DNA of 38,544 nt, taken from the IMG/VR virus record IMGVR_UViG_3300029183_000011, positions 1 to 38,544 of that record; one strand, written 5' to 3'. The notes under the pieces are model-generated. The model was not told the origin of the DNA and searched no databases. It was given only the letters and a program-made list of their open reading frames with translations. This document shows, piece after piece, positions 1-8,942 of the stretch; position 1 is the first letter of the stretch, and each line of letters opens with the position of its first letter. Source of the stretch: a virus (lineage: Duplodnaviria > Caudoviricetes). Position numbers and translations under genes: made by a program.

Positions 1-17
1 GTTTCCCAGTCACGATC
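1..17 (+). other. Round A/B (SISPA-type) random-amplification primer tag, library artefact
   Basis: Window begins exactly with GTTTCCCAGTCACGATC, the constant part of the widely used GTTTCCCAGTCACGATC-N9 primer. Confidence 0.9.
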
Positions 18-410
18 CAACCCGAGGGGTTGAGTGAAGATGCTTTGCGTGCGTGGCCTGATGTCTCGCGCCTTTTGGCCGACATGAAAGTTTTAGGAAC
101 ACTGGACGTAATGAGTTTAATTGTATTAGTTGAGTCATGGGTTAATTCTCAAAGAGCGATGGAAGAATGGCAAAGTGACGGAACACCTTATACAACTTAC
201 ACAGCCAAGGGTGAATTGAAACAACACCCTTTATGGAAAGCTGTAATGGATTCAAACGATAGGTTCATTAAAATAGCTAAAGAGTTTGGTATGACACCAG
301 CATCGAGGACTTCAATCAGAATTGATAAGCCTTCGTCGAAACGCATGAGAGGAAAGGATGACAACGACACCGAAAAACCAAAAACCAACTTTTTTAAGAA
401 AAGTGGTTGA
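18..410 (+). CDS. terS: Terminase small subunit, P27 family (5'-truncated)
   Basis: Frame is open from base 18 (QPEGLSEDALRAW...); KQHPLW and KEFGMTPASR motifs; directly upstream of the large terminase. Confidence 0.9.
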   Translation, partial: QPEGLSEDALRAWPDVSRLLADMKVLGTLDVMSLIVLVESWVNSQRAMEEWQSDGTPYTTYTAKGELKQHPLWKAVMDSNDRFIKIAKEFGMTPASRTSIRIDKPSSKRMRGKDDNDTEKPKTNFFKKSG

Positions 411-2061
411 GTCTTACATTGACTCGTTAGCACGCTATAAAGAAAAAAACAACATACCTGAAAAGTGGGAGCACCTACTTTCATTAATACCAGACTACGA
501 TTGTTTCTATGAGTGTGGTGATTATATCTTTGTCCCTGAAAAAGCTGAGTATGTAATCGAGTTCATTGAAACGCAATGTTCACATGTAAAAGGTAAACTA
601 GCGAGACAACCAGTTTTGTTAGAAGACTGGCAGAAAGCTTTCATTGGCTGTGCCTTTGGTTGGTTAACGCCGGACCAAGAGTCTCGACGGTATACAGAAA
701 TATTCTTCTTTGTCCCTCGTAAAAATGGTAAGTCCGTTCTGTGTGCTTGCATCGGTAATTACATGTTCTTTTGTGATAATGAACACGGCGCGGAAATCTA
801 TGCCGCTGCTGCTGAGAAAGAACAAGCCTCATTGGTTTGGAACATGGCCAAGCAACAGATACTTTATAATGAGGACATGGAAAAAAATTGTAAGATAGGT
901 AATGCATCCAGAGTAATACTTGATGAAACCGATGGATCATTTTTTAAACCTATATCAGCTGATGCAGATACCAAACATGGCTTTAATCCCTCGTGTGTTT
1001 TGTTCGACGAGCTTCATGCACAGAAAAAACCTGATTTAGTAGACGTCCTTGAGACAGGTATGGGTGCTAGAAGTCAACCATTATTCATTTCATTAACCAC
1101 TTCTGATTATGAGAGGCCTTCTATTTGTAATACCAAATATGATTATGCCACAAAAGTAAGAGATAAAGTTATAAACGATCCACGATTCTTGCCTGTTATT
1201 TATGAAGCGACGCGAGAAGATGACTGGACCGACCCTGTTGTTTGGGCAAAGGCTAATCCAAACTTAGGTGTGTCGGTGTCGTTAGATTTTTTAAAGCGAG
1301 AATGTGATAAAGCAAAACAATCAGCAGCTTATCAAAATACGTTTAAGCGTTTGTACCTAGACATTCGAACTGAGCAAGATATTAAATGGATCTTGTTGGA
1401 AGATTGGGATAAATGTGTAGGTGATATTAGTCTTGATGATCTTCGCGGAAAAAAATGCTACGCAGGTTTAGACCTTTCTTCAGTATCCGATTTAACAGCC
1501 TTTGTAATGTACTTTCCAGAGTATGCTGCACTATGGGGGCAGTATTATGTTCCACGTGAAACGGCGAAGAGGCGTAAAGAAAAAAATAGAGTGGCTTATA
1601 TTGATTGGGCTGCTAAGAATCATATGGTATTAACACCAGGCGATGCAGCGGACTATGATTTAATTCGTGCAGAAATCAATAAATTCGGTGAGATTTATGA
1701 TATTCAAAGCATTGGTATCGACCGTTGGCAAAGTAATCAAATACAGCACCAACTTGTAGGCGATGGTTTTGAGATGATACCTTTTGGCCAAGGCTTTGGT
1801 TCCATGTCAGGACCTACAAAAGAGTTTGAAAGGAAGCTAATTACTAAGGATTTAGTGCATTTTGGCCATCCTGTACTTCGTTGGTGTGCCTCAAATGTAT
1901 CGGTTGAAAAAGATGCAGCAGATAATATGAAGCCATCCAAGAAGTCCAGCGCAGAAAAAATTGATGGTATTGTTGCTGCAATTATGGCACTAGGTGTCTC
2001 TATGCTGGAACCTGAACCAAAGCCCTCTGTTTACGAAACTCGCGGAATACTTGAAATTTAG
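358..2061 (+). CDS. terL: Terminase large subunit
   Basis: Walker A VPRKNGKS, Walker B VLFDELH, KANPNLG, nuclease GLDLS and KIDGIVA. Confidence 0.97.
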   Translation: MTTTPKNQKPTFLRKVVESYIDSLARYKEKNNIPEKWEHLLSLIPDYDCFYECGDYIFVPEKAEYVIEFIETQCSHVKGKLARQPVLLEDWQKAFIGCAFGWLTPDQESRRYTEIFFFVPRKNGKSVLCACIGNYMFFCDNEHGAEIYAAAAEKEQASLVWNMAKQQILYNEDMEKNCKIGNASRVILDETDGSFFKPISADADTKHGFNPSCVLFDELHAQKKPDLVDVLETGMGARSQPLFISLTTSDYERPSICNTKYDYATKVRDKVINDPRFLPVIYEATREDDWTDPVVWAKANPNLGVSVSLDFLKRECDKAKQSAAYQNTFKRLYLDIRTEQDIKWILLEDWDKCVGDISLDDLRGKKCYAGLDLSSVSDLTAFVMYFPEYAALWGQYYVPRETAKRRKEKNRVAYIDWAAKNHMVLTPGDAADYDLIRAEINKFGEIYDIQSIGIDRWQSNQIQHQLVGDGFEMIPFGQGFGSMSGPTKEFERKLITKDLVHFGHPVLRWCASNVSVEKDAADNMKPSKKSSAEKIDGIVAAIMALGVSMLEPEPKPSVYETRGILEI

Positions 2062-2082
2062 ATAAACGTAATGTAAGCTATA

Positions 2083-2110
2083 TTGACAGTTTGTATTTAT
2101 AGTTTACTTT
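2083..2110 (+). promoter_or_regulatory. Possible sigma70-type promoter for the portal/head genes
   Basis: TTGACA (2083-2088), 16 nt spacer, TACTTT (2105-2110) in the gap after terL. Confidence 0.35.
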
Positions 2111-2116
2111 AGGTCA

Positions 2117-2293
2117 ATGCCGCATAAAATATTCATATTTCTGCTGGTATCTTCTATCGCGTCCATAGGCTATGGCGTGTATCTCATTCACCAACCATCG
2201 GCATATATTGTGGTTGGACTTCTAATTCTAATAGATTTGTTAGTGACTGCACATTCTAATTCAAAAATTAATTCTAATTCGGAAGATAAATGA
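2117..2293 (+). CDS. Small 58-aa two-TM membrane protein preceding the portal (not in ORF track)
   Basis: Hand translation MPHKIFIFLLVSSIASIGYGVYLIHQPSAYIVVGLLILIDLLVTAH...; ATGA overlap with portal start; such a gene is common here in HK97-like head modules. Confidence 0.75.
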   Translation: MPHKIFIFLLVSSIASIGYGVYLIHQPSAYIVVGLLILIDLLVTAHSNSKINSNSEDK

Positions 2294-4029
2294 CATTATT
2301 CAACACGATTTTTGCGTCAGCTAGTTCCAAAAATGCGGAGAAAGTATTTTTAACTAAAAACCCTTCAGCTTTTGGTGTGTCCGCTTCTTTGGCTGGTGTG
2401 CCAGTAAGTGAAAGAACTTCCTTTCAGGTGTCTCAATATTATGCGTGCCTTAGTAATATTTCTGAAGATCTTGGTAAAATACCTTTTGGTGTTTTTCGTA
2501 TATTAAAAGAAGGTGGAAAACAATTTCTACCAGATGATCCCGTAACAAAATTATTGAACCAGTCACCTAATGACGATATGACGGCAATGACTTTTAAACA
2601 AGTCGTTTCCATGTGGGCGATTGGTTGGGGTAATGGTTATGCAGAAATTGTTCGTAACGGTGCTGGTACACCTGTTGCACTTATCCCTATACATCCTACA
2701 CGTGTGATCATTGTTCGTGATTCTGATGGAGATATTAAGTACCAAATTTTTGGATCGTTTGAAGAGTGTGTTATGACACAAGCTTCTTCTCCAAATGTGG
2801 TTTTAGATTCAGAGGATATATTACATATCATTGGTCGTCACTCTCCTGATGGTTTATGCGGTATTAGTGTTGCTACAGATGCAAAAACATCTTTAGGTAC
2901 TGTACTTGCTACACAAGATTTTGGGGCCACGTTCTTTGGAAACAATACTGTGGTTGGTGGTATCTTAACTCATCCTGAAACATTATCTGATACTGCGAAA
3001 CAAAATTTAACAAAATCAATTGAGAATCGATTTAGAGGAACAAGTAATTCTTTCAAATCAATGATCCTTGAAGAAGGTTTAAAATGGGAGAATGTTTCTG
3101 TACCACCAACGGATGCTCAATTTATTGAATCCCGTGAGTTTCAAGTCGCTGATATTGCGCGATGGTTTAGGATGCCTTTATCTAAGCTTCAGTCTGGTGA
3201 TGCAAAAGCTAAAAGCGTGGAGCAAGAAAATATAAACTATACACAAGATACATTAATGCCTTGGGCTGTTAGATGGGAAGAAGAGGTTGATAGAAAATTA
3301 TTAAATAACAGCACACGAAAAAAATCCAAATACAAATTACGAGAATTACTTAGAGGGGATACCAAAGCACAATCTGAATTTAGTCGAACAATGGTAACAA
3401 ATGGTATTATGACTTTAAACGAAGTTCGTGAGACAATGGATCTTAATCCTTTGGAAAGTGATAAAGGCGACGAAAACTTTATGCAGCTTGCTATGACTAC
3501 AGTGGATAATATTGTAAATACTGAAGTAGATGATGCAAAAGCTCAAGGTGCTGCTAATGATCCTGAACCTGCTGATATGGAGCAGGACAACCAACCCAAT
3601 CAACCTACAGATCCAACGGGCGAAGAAGAGGGAACTGAAACCGAGGAAGAGCAGGCCTCTAGTTTTTATCCAATTATAGAATCGGTTTGTAATTTGTTAG
3701 ATGATAAAAATACCAAGGCTTTGGTTCGTGCTAGAGAAAAAGTAGCTAAAAAGGTTAAAGGATTTAATCTCTATGAATGGGCAGCTGATTTTTATGTGAA
3801 ACAAAAAGCTGATGCAGTTTCACGAGTGTTACCTATTGCGGAAACATTTATGAACGCAGTTGGTGTGAAAGATAAAGCACGTGTACGTAAAATATTTATG
3901 TCAGCGATTATATGTCATTATGATGATAAGGAAGACGATCCGCTTGTTATGAACAGTTGTTCTTTAGCAGATTCAATATACAGTGTTTTTATAAATGTAG
4001 AAAAATCGAAAGGTAAGATTGATGGATAA
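2290..4029 (+). CDS. Portal protein, HK97 family, with C-terminal extension
   Basis: GNGYAEIVRN, LIPIHPTRV, ILEEGLKW, DAQFIESREFQVADIARWFRMP, GIMTLNEVRE motifs. Confidence 0.95.
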   Translation: MTLFNTIFASASSKNAEKVFLTKNPSAFGVSASLAGVPVSERTSFQVSQYYACLSNISEDLGKIPFGVFRILKEGGKQFLPDDPVTKLLNQSPNDDMTAMTFKQVVSMWAIGWGNGYAEIVRNGAGTPVALIPIHPTRVIIVRDSDGDIKYQIFGSFEECVMTQASSPNVVLDSEDILHIIGRHSPDGLCGISVATDAKTSLGTVLATQDFGATFFGNNTVVGGILTHPETLSDTAKQNLTKSIENRFRGTSNSFKSMILEEGLKWENVSVPPTDAQFIESREFQVADIARWFRMPLSKLQSGDAKAKSVEQENINYTQDTLMPWAVRWEEEVDRKLLNNSTRKKSKYKLRELLRGDTKAQSEFSRTMVTNGIMTLNEVRETMDLNPLESDKGDENFMQLAMTTVDNIVNTEVDDAKAQGAANDPEPADMEQDNQPNQPTDPTGEEEGTETEEEQASSFYPIIESVCNLLDDKNTKALVRAREKVAKKVKGFNLYEWAADFYVKQKADAVSRVLPIAETFMNAVGVKDKARVRKIFMSAIICHYDDKEDDPLVMNSCSLADSIYSVFINVEKSKGKIDG

Positions 4030-4921
4030 TCCAGTTTGCTTTAACAACCATATGGGTCCTTGGCTTGTGGAACCTAGTTGGTTCACTAATACCGTACAAG
4101 CTGTTAAAGATGGGTTATATGATTCATATGCTTCTAAACCAAAAGCGCAATCTGGCGATTCAACCGAATTAGACAGGCTTGGTGTAGAAGTTTCAAAAGA
4201 AGGAATTGCGGTAATACCTGTTGTTGGCCCCATGATGAAAGGTTTCTCCAAATTTATGGATAATGCGTCAACGGTGAGGATTCGGCAACAGGTTCGCGCT
4301 GCTGTTCGTGATGAAGATGTAAAAGGTATTTTGTTGCAGATCGATTCACCAGGTGGTCAGGTAGCTGGCACCAAAGAATTAGCCGACGATATTGCGTCTG
4401 CAACATCTTCTAAACCTGTATTTGCGCAGATTGAGGACCTTGGTGCTTCTGCTGCGTTATGGATCGCTGTTCAAGCAGATAAAGTATTTGCTAATTTAAC
4501 AGCTGAAGTAGGCTCCATTGGTGTATTTGCCGTTGTTGAAGACACTAGTGAGGCAGCGGATCGCGCAGGTGTGAAGGTTCATGTTATATCGACAGGGGAC
4601 CAAAAAGGTGCTTTTGTAGATGGTGCTCCTGTTACAAAAGAACAATTGGCTGAATTACAAGGCCGAGTGGATGATATAAATGTTATTTTTAAAACAGCTG
4701 TTTCAGAAGGTCGTGGTTTAACTATGGCTCAAGTAGATAAAGTTGCTGATGGCCGAACTTTTATAGCTGAAAAGGCTGAAGAGTTAGGTTTGATTGATGG
4801 TGTAGCATCTACTGATGAAACAATGGCTGCATTAACTGAATTAGTAAAAGGTAAGGATCGTCAAAATAGACAATCTACCTTATTTAACCAAATGGATAGC
4901 CCCGATATTGCAGATCAATAA
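4022..4921 (+). CDS. Prohead maturation protease, S49 (SppA/ClpP-like)
   Basis: IDSPGG, ASAALWIA, GSIGV, GLIDGV motifs; between portal and capsid. Confidence 0.93.
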   Translation: MDNPVCFNNHMGPWLVEPSWFTNTVQAVKDGLYDSYASKPKAQSGDSTELDRLGVEVSKEGIAVIPVVGPMMKGFSKFMDNASTVRIRQQVRAAVRDEDVKGILLQIDSPGGQVAGTKELADDIASATSSKPVFAQIEDLGASAALWIAVQADKVFANLTAEVGSIGVFAVVEDTSEAADRAGVKVHVISTGDQKGAFVDGAPVTKEQLAELQGRVDDINVIFKTAVSEGRGLTMAQVDKVADGRTFIAEKAEELGLIDGVASTDETMAALTELVKGKDRQNRQSTLFNQMDSPDIADQ

Positions 4922-4960
4922 AGGGTTAGCCAGAAAACGTAAATTTTTGGAGTTTAAAAA

Positions 4961-6271
4961 ATGAATATTACGCTTTTGAAGAAAAAACGTGCCAAAGCGT
5001 TGAAAGCTGCTGAAGCTATCCGTGCATCTGTAGAAGATGGCGAATGTTTGAGCGATGATGAGTTGGCAAAATTAGAGGCCCATCTTTCTGAAGCAGCAGA
5101 ACTTAAAGACAAAATCGCTCGTCTTGAGGCTGCTGAATCACTTTTAGATGCAGGACTTGAAGATCTTGAAAAAGTTCCTGCTGCTAAAACACTTAAAAAA
5201 GGTGTTGTAGAAGTTGGTGAAATGCAGTTATCAAAAGATCCTAAAGTTGGATTTGAAACACCTCGTGATTTTATCATGGCGCTTATTAAGCAAGGTTCGT
5301 CAAGACAAATTCAAGATGAAAGATTGAGATTTTTGGCTGCTGCGGGTGCTGATGAGCAAAAAGAAATCAGTAATCCTGATGGTGGTTTTTTAGTACCTGA
5401 AGCATTTTTGCCTCGCTTACTAACTACACCTGCACCAGAAGATCCAATTAGTTCACGAACGCAAAAGATCCCAATGAGTAGTCCTACTGTTAAGATCCCT
5501 GCTCGTGTAGATAAGGACCATAGTGCAGGTTCTGTAACAGGTGGCTTCCAAGTTGCTCGTAAACTAGAAACAGCAGCAGGTCAAACATCTAAGAGTGAAT
5601 ATGAAAGAGTAACCTTGACTGCGAATACTTTGTTTGGTGCAGCTTTTGCAACAGATGAATTGTTAACAGATTCACCTATCTCTTTTGCGACTATAATTAA
5701 CCGTGGTTTCAATGAGCAAATGCCTTTTCATTTGAATCAAGAAAGATTGTTCGGTAGCGGTGTAGGCGAATATGAAGGAATTACATTAAGTGGTTCTTTT
5801 ATATCTATTACACGAAACAATGCGGGTGAAATTGATATAGATGATGTGTTAGCTATGTTTGCTCGTGGTTGGAATACAGGTAGCTCTATTTGGTTAGCTA
5901 ACCAAACAACTATTCCTAAGATTGCTCGTCTACAGATTGCTACTACAGACGGTGCTTCTGGGACACCTGCTTATTTACCATCTGTAAATGAAGGCATGCC
6001 TGGAACATTATTAGGTCTTCCAATTTTCTTTACAGAACATTGTAAAGCGTTGGGTACAGCAAATGACTTGATGTTGACCAATTGGGGCGAGTATTTAGAA
6101 GGCTCTATCCAAGGTATGCGTAGCGAAACATCTATGCATGTTCGTTTCTTAAACAATGAACAAGCGTTTAAGTTCTGGACTCGTAATGATGGTAGATCTT
6201 GGTGGAATACACCTTTAACTCCGTTAAATGGCGATACTCTTTCACCGTTTGTTGGTTTAGGTTCAGCTTAA
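4961..6271 (+). CDS. Major capsid protein, HK97 fold with N-terminal coiled-coil (delta-like) domain
   Basis: DGGFLVPE, TDELLTDS, GTLLGLPIFFTEH, VRFLNNEQAFKF motifs; position. Confidence 0.95.
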   Translation: MNITLLKKKRAKALKAAEAIRASVEDGECLSDDELAKLEAHLSEAAELKDKIARLEAAESLLDAGLEDLEKVPAAKTLKKGVVEVGEMQLSKDPKVGFETPRDFIMALIKQGSSRQIQDERLRFLAAAGADEQKEISNPDGGFLVPEAFLPRLLTTPAPEDPISSRTQKIPMSSPTVKIPARVDKDHSAGSVTGGFQVARKLETAAGQTSKSEYERVTLTANTLFGAAFATDELLTDSPISFATIINRGFNEQMPFHLNQERLFGSGVGEYEGITLSGSFISITRNNAGEIDIDDVLAMFARGWNTGSSIWLANQTTIPKIARLQIATTDGASGTPAYLPSVNEGMPGTLLGLPIFFTEHCKALGTANDLMLTNWGEYLEGSIQGMRSETSMHVRFLNNEQAFKFWTRNDGRSWWNTPLTPLNGDTLSPFVGLGSA

Positions 6272-6299
6272 TAGCTATTTAGGATAGGAGAAAATAAAA

Positions 6300-6740
6300 A
6301 TGGCAAGTACAGTAGACGTAAATATTTTGCGAACTCTCGCAAAACGTACTTATGAAATAGTCACTGCTTCTGGTAGTGAAGAAGAAGCCACACTTGTTGA
6401 CATGAAAGATTTCAACAGTGCATTGTTCGGTCTTTTGTTTGTTTCTGGTACTGGTGTAACACAATTTAATGTTGTTGCTGCTTCAAATGCTGCCGGAACA
6501 ACTGATTTGACAGTAATAAAGGCTGGTACTGGTGATCTTGATACTGCTGGTGATTATCGCTTTGTTGAAATTACCGATGCAGAAGTAAAACAAGTTCAAG
6601 AAGATAATTCTATAACGAATGATCTTCGTTATGTAGGTGTTCAGCTTACAGCTACGGCTTCGGACGTAGTTATTGTAGATAATGAACTTGGTCGTGCTCA
6701 TTTTGAGAAAGATCAATTAACTGTGGATGCAGTAGCATAA
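6300..6740 (+). CDS. Putative head decoration/minor capsid protein
   Basis: Beta-rich 146 aa right after the capsid gene, strong RBS (AGGAG), followed by terminator. Confidence 0.6.
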   Translation: MASTVDVNILRTLAKRTYEIVTASGSEEEATLVDMKDFNSALFGLLFVSGTGVTQFNVVAASNAAGTTDLTVIKAGTGDLDTAGDYRFVEITDAEVKQVQEDNSITNDLRYVGVQLTATASDVVIVDNELGRAHFEKDQLTVDAVA

Positions 6741-6746
6741 GGACAT

Positions 6747-6775
6747 ATAGGTGGGGCTTCGGTCCCACCTATTTT
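6747..6775 (+). terminator. Rho-independent terminator after head genes
   Basis: ATAGGTGGGGC-TTCG-GTCCCACCTAT hairpin with C(UUCG)G loop followed by Ts. Confidence 0.85.
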
Positions 6776-6782
6776 ATAAATT

Positions 6783-7397
6783 ATGGCTAGTATACGAAAA
6801 ACAGTAACAACAGAAGCAACGGTTCCTGTAATTAGTTTGGAAGCGGCACGATTACATTTACGTGTAGACTTAGATGATGATGATGAGTTGATCACAACTT
6901 TAATTGCGGCTGCTACAGAGCGTGCAGAGTCTTTTACTAATCGTTGTATAATGCAGAAGACGATTGAAATATATCAGGATGATTTTCCATCTAATAATTG
7001 TCCTATATTGTTAGATGATTCACCTGTTACCAGTTTAGACGAAATTAAATATTTTGATGAAGACGGTGTAGAACAAACGTTTGATACTAGTAAAGTGAAA
7101 TTGGATCGAGGAAAAAGTGTTCCTCAACGGATAAGTTTAAAAGAAGATGAAGAATGGCCTTCTGTATTAGGTGAGAATGATGTAGTGAGTATAAAATATA
7201 CTTGTGGCTATGCAACAAGTACAGGTTGCGCACCTAAAGTGTTTGATGCCGCAATTAAATTAATGATAGGCCATTGGTATGAGAATAGAGAAGAAGTTAC
7301 AACAGTAGGTGTTCCTCGTGAGATGCCAAAAGCTGTTGAGACTTTGTTGTATAAAGAACGTATTTTGAAAATGAGCGATAGAGAAATAATTACATAA
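6783..7397 (+). CDS. Head-tail connector (HK97 gp6-like, long form)
   Basis: ISLEAARLHLRVD..DDELITTLIAAA and AIKLMIGHWYENRE. Confidence 0.92.
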   Translation: MASIRKTVTTEATVPVISLEAARLHLRVDLDDDDELITTLIAAATERAESFTNRCIMQKTIEIYQDDFPSNNCPILLDDSPVTSLDEIKYFDEDGVEQTFDTSKVKLDRGKSVPQRISLKEDEEWPSVLGENDVVSIKYTCGYATSTGCAPKVFDAAIKLMIGHWYENREEVTTVGVPREMPKAVETLLYKERILKMSDREIIT

Positions 7398-7741
7398 TGA
7401 CTAAAGCGTTTTTACAACCTGCTGGAAAGTTAAGGCATCGTATATCTTTGTGGTCGCCATCGAACACACGAGATACATATGGTGGTTTTGAACCTACTTT
7501 TACAGAAGTTATAAAACTATGGGGAGCAATAGAATATATAACTGGTCGAGAACAAGGTGTTGGCGACCAAATAAAAAATAGAGCTGATGTAAATATTACT
7601 ATTAGATATTATGCAGATTTACGAGTGGATTGGCAGCTTAGGAACGATGGTAATATTTACCACATTGAAAACATAAAAAATATATTAGAAACAAATAAAA
7701 AGATGATAATACTTTGTCGTCGAGAGTTGGCAGCTACGTAA
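7397..7741 (+). CDS. Head closure protein (SPP1 gp16-like)
   Basis: AGKLRHRI, DTYGG, ITIRY motifs; position. Confidence 0.9.
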   Translation: MTKAFLQPAGKLRHRISLWSPSNTRDTYGGFEPTFTEVIKLWGAIEYITGREQGVGDQIKNRADVNITIRYYADLRVDWQLRNDGNIYHIENIKNILETNKKMIILCRRELAAT

Positions 7742-8163
7742 TGGCTTTTATAACAGTAGATACTAAAGGTTTAAGAAAATTAAATGCTCGTATGGAGAAG
7801 CTAGATCTTAGTGAGCAACGGTTAATTATGCGTAAATCTTTAAGAAAGGCTTGGGCTCCTACTTTGGTTACAGCTAAACAAGGTGCACCAGTAGATACAG
7901 GACAACTTCGACGAGGATTAAGATTAAGGGCAATTAAATTTAAGAAAAAAGGTGTTTTTGGTGTGTCTGTAATGACTCCAACGAGAGAAAAGCTAAATAT
8001 AGATCCTTCTAGCCCTTGGTATTACCCAGGTTTTGTTGAATACGGTACTAGACACAGTAGCCCTAACCCTTTTATGCGACGAGCTTTTGTTGCAAATCAA
8101 GGACGAGCAGTACGTGATTTTGCTAGAAATATAGCGCAATTTTTGGAACAGAGGAGTGTATGA
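7741..8163 (+). CDS. HK97 gp10-family neck protein
   Basis: APVDTGQLRR, FVEYGT, PFMRRAF; ATG at 7741 coupled to the upstream stop. Confidence 0.9.
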   Translation: MAFITVDTKGLRKLNARMEKLDLSEQRLIMRKSLRKAWAPTLVTAKQGAPVDTGQLRRGLRLRAIKFKKKGVFGVSVMTPTREKLNIDPSSPWYYPGFVEYGTRHSSPNPFMRRAFVANQGRAVRDFARNIAQFLEQRSV

Positions 8164-8579
8164 GCTTCAGGGAAGATTTAGTGACCTATATGGACACAGA
8201 TGCAACACTCACAGGGTTAATTAGCACTCGCCGATTCCCTCAGTTTGCTCCACAGGATACTATTTTTCCTTATATTACGTTTTTGAAATTAACGAGTGAA
8301 AGTATATTGCATACATCGGCTGTAACGAGCATTGTTCCTGAAACATGGCAATTTAATATATGGGGTGAGAAAATGGCTCAAATTGACCCTGTAGAAGAAG
8401 CTTTGCGGGAATTATTTGATGGGTATGCAGGACCAATGGGTTCTACGACAGTTAGAGAGACAAAAATTACAGGAATAGTTGATTCTAGTGAATTACCGTC
8501 GGATGGTACTCAAAAAGGACCATTTGAAACAATTATGAACATTAATTTTTGGTATTTACGTAGTGTTCCTACGTTTTGA
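8160..8579 (+). CDS. Tail completion/terminator protein (DUF3168-like)
   Basis: RRFPQFAPQDTIFPYITF, WQFNIWG, ELFDGY; position. Confidence 0.85.
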   Translation: MSFREDLVTYMDTDATLTGLISTRRFPQFAPQDTIFPYITFLKLTSESILHTSAVTSIVPETWQFNIWGEKMAQIDPVEEALRELFDGYAGPMGSTTVRETKITGIVDSSELPSDGTQKGPFETIMNINFWYLRSVPTF

Positions 8580-8588
8580 GGTGCTTAA

Positions 8589-8942
8589 ATGAGCAGTGGA
8601 AAATATAACGGTTGGGCGATAGAGCAAGGCGCGAATTTTATTACGACAGTAATATTTAAGGACAGTGCAGGTGATCCTATTGATATTACAGGTAATGATA
8701 TAACAATGGAACTTCGTAATTGTCCTGATGGAGCAGTTATTTTAGAAATCAGTACTGATAATGGGACAATTACTATACCTACAGGCACAGATGGAAAAGC
8801 GGAAATCGATGTTCCAGCGACCACTACAGATGATATTGAAGAAAATGTATATGACTATGATATGTTTAGGTTGTCTGCGGGAATATGGAAACGTGAATTA
8901 CGTGGTAAAATAAGAGTTAGAGCAAGGATAACAGTTGCATGA
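8589..8942 (+). CDS. Putative fibre-anchoring adaptor (BppU-N-like beta protein)
   Basis: IEQGANF..D..G.PIDITG..I.M.LR, YDYD, LRGKI.V pattern; overlaps the fibre start. Confidence 0.6.
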   Translation: MSSGKYNGWAIEQGANFITTVIFKDSAGDPIDITGNDITMELRNCPDGAVILEISTDNGTITIPTGTDGKAEIDVPATTTDDIEENVYDYDMFRLSAGIWKRELRGKIRVRARITVA

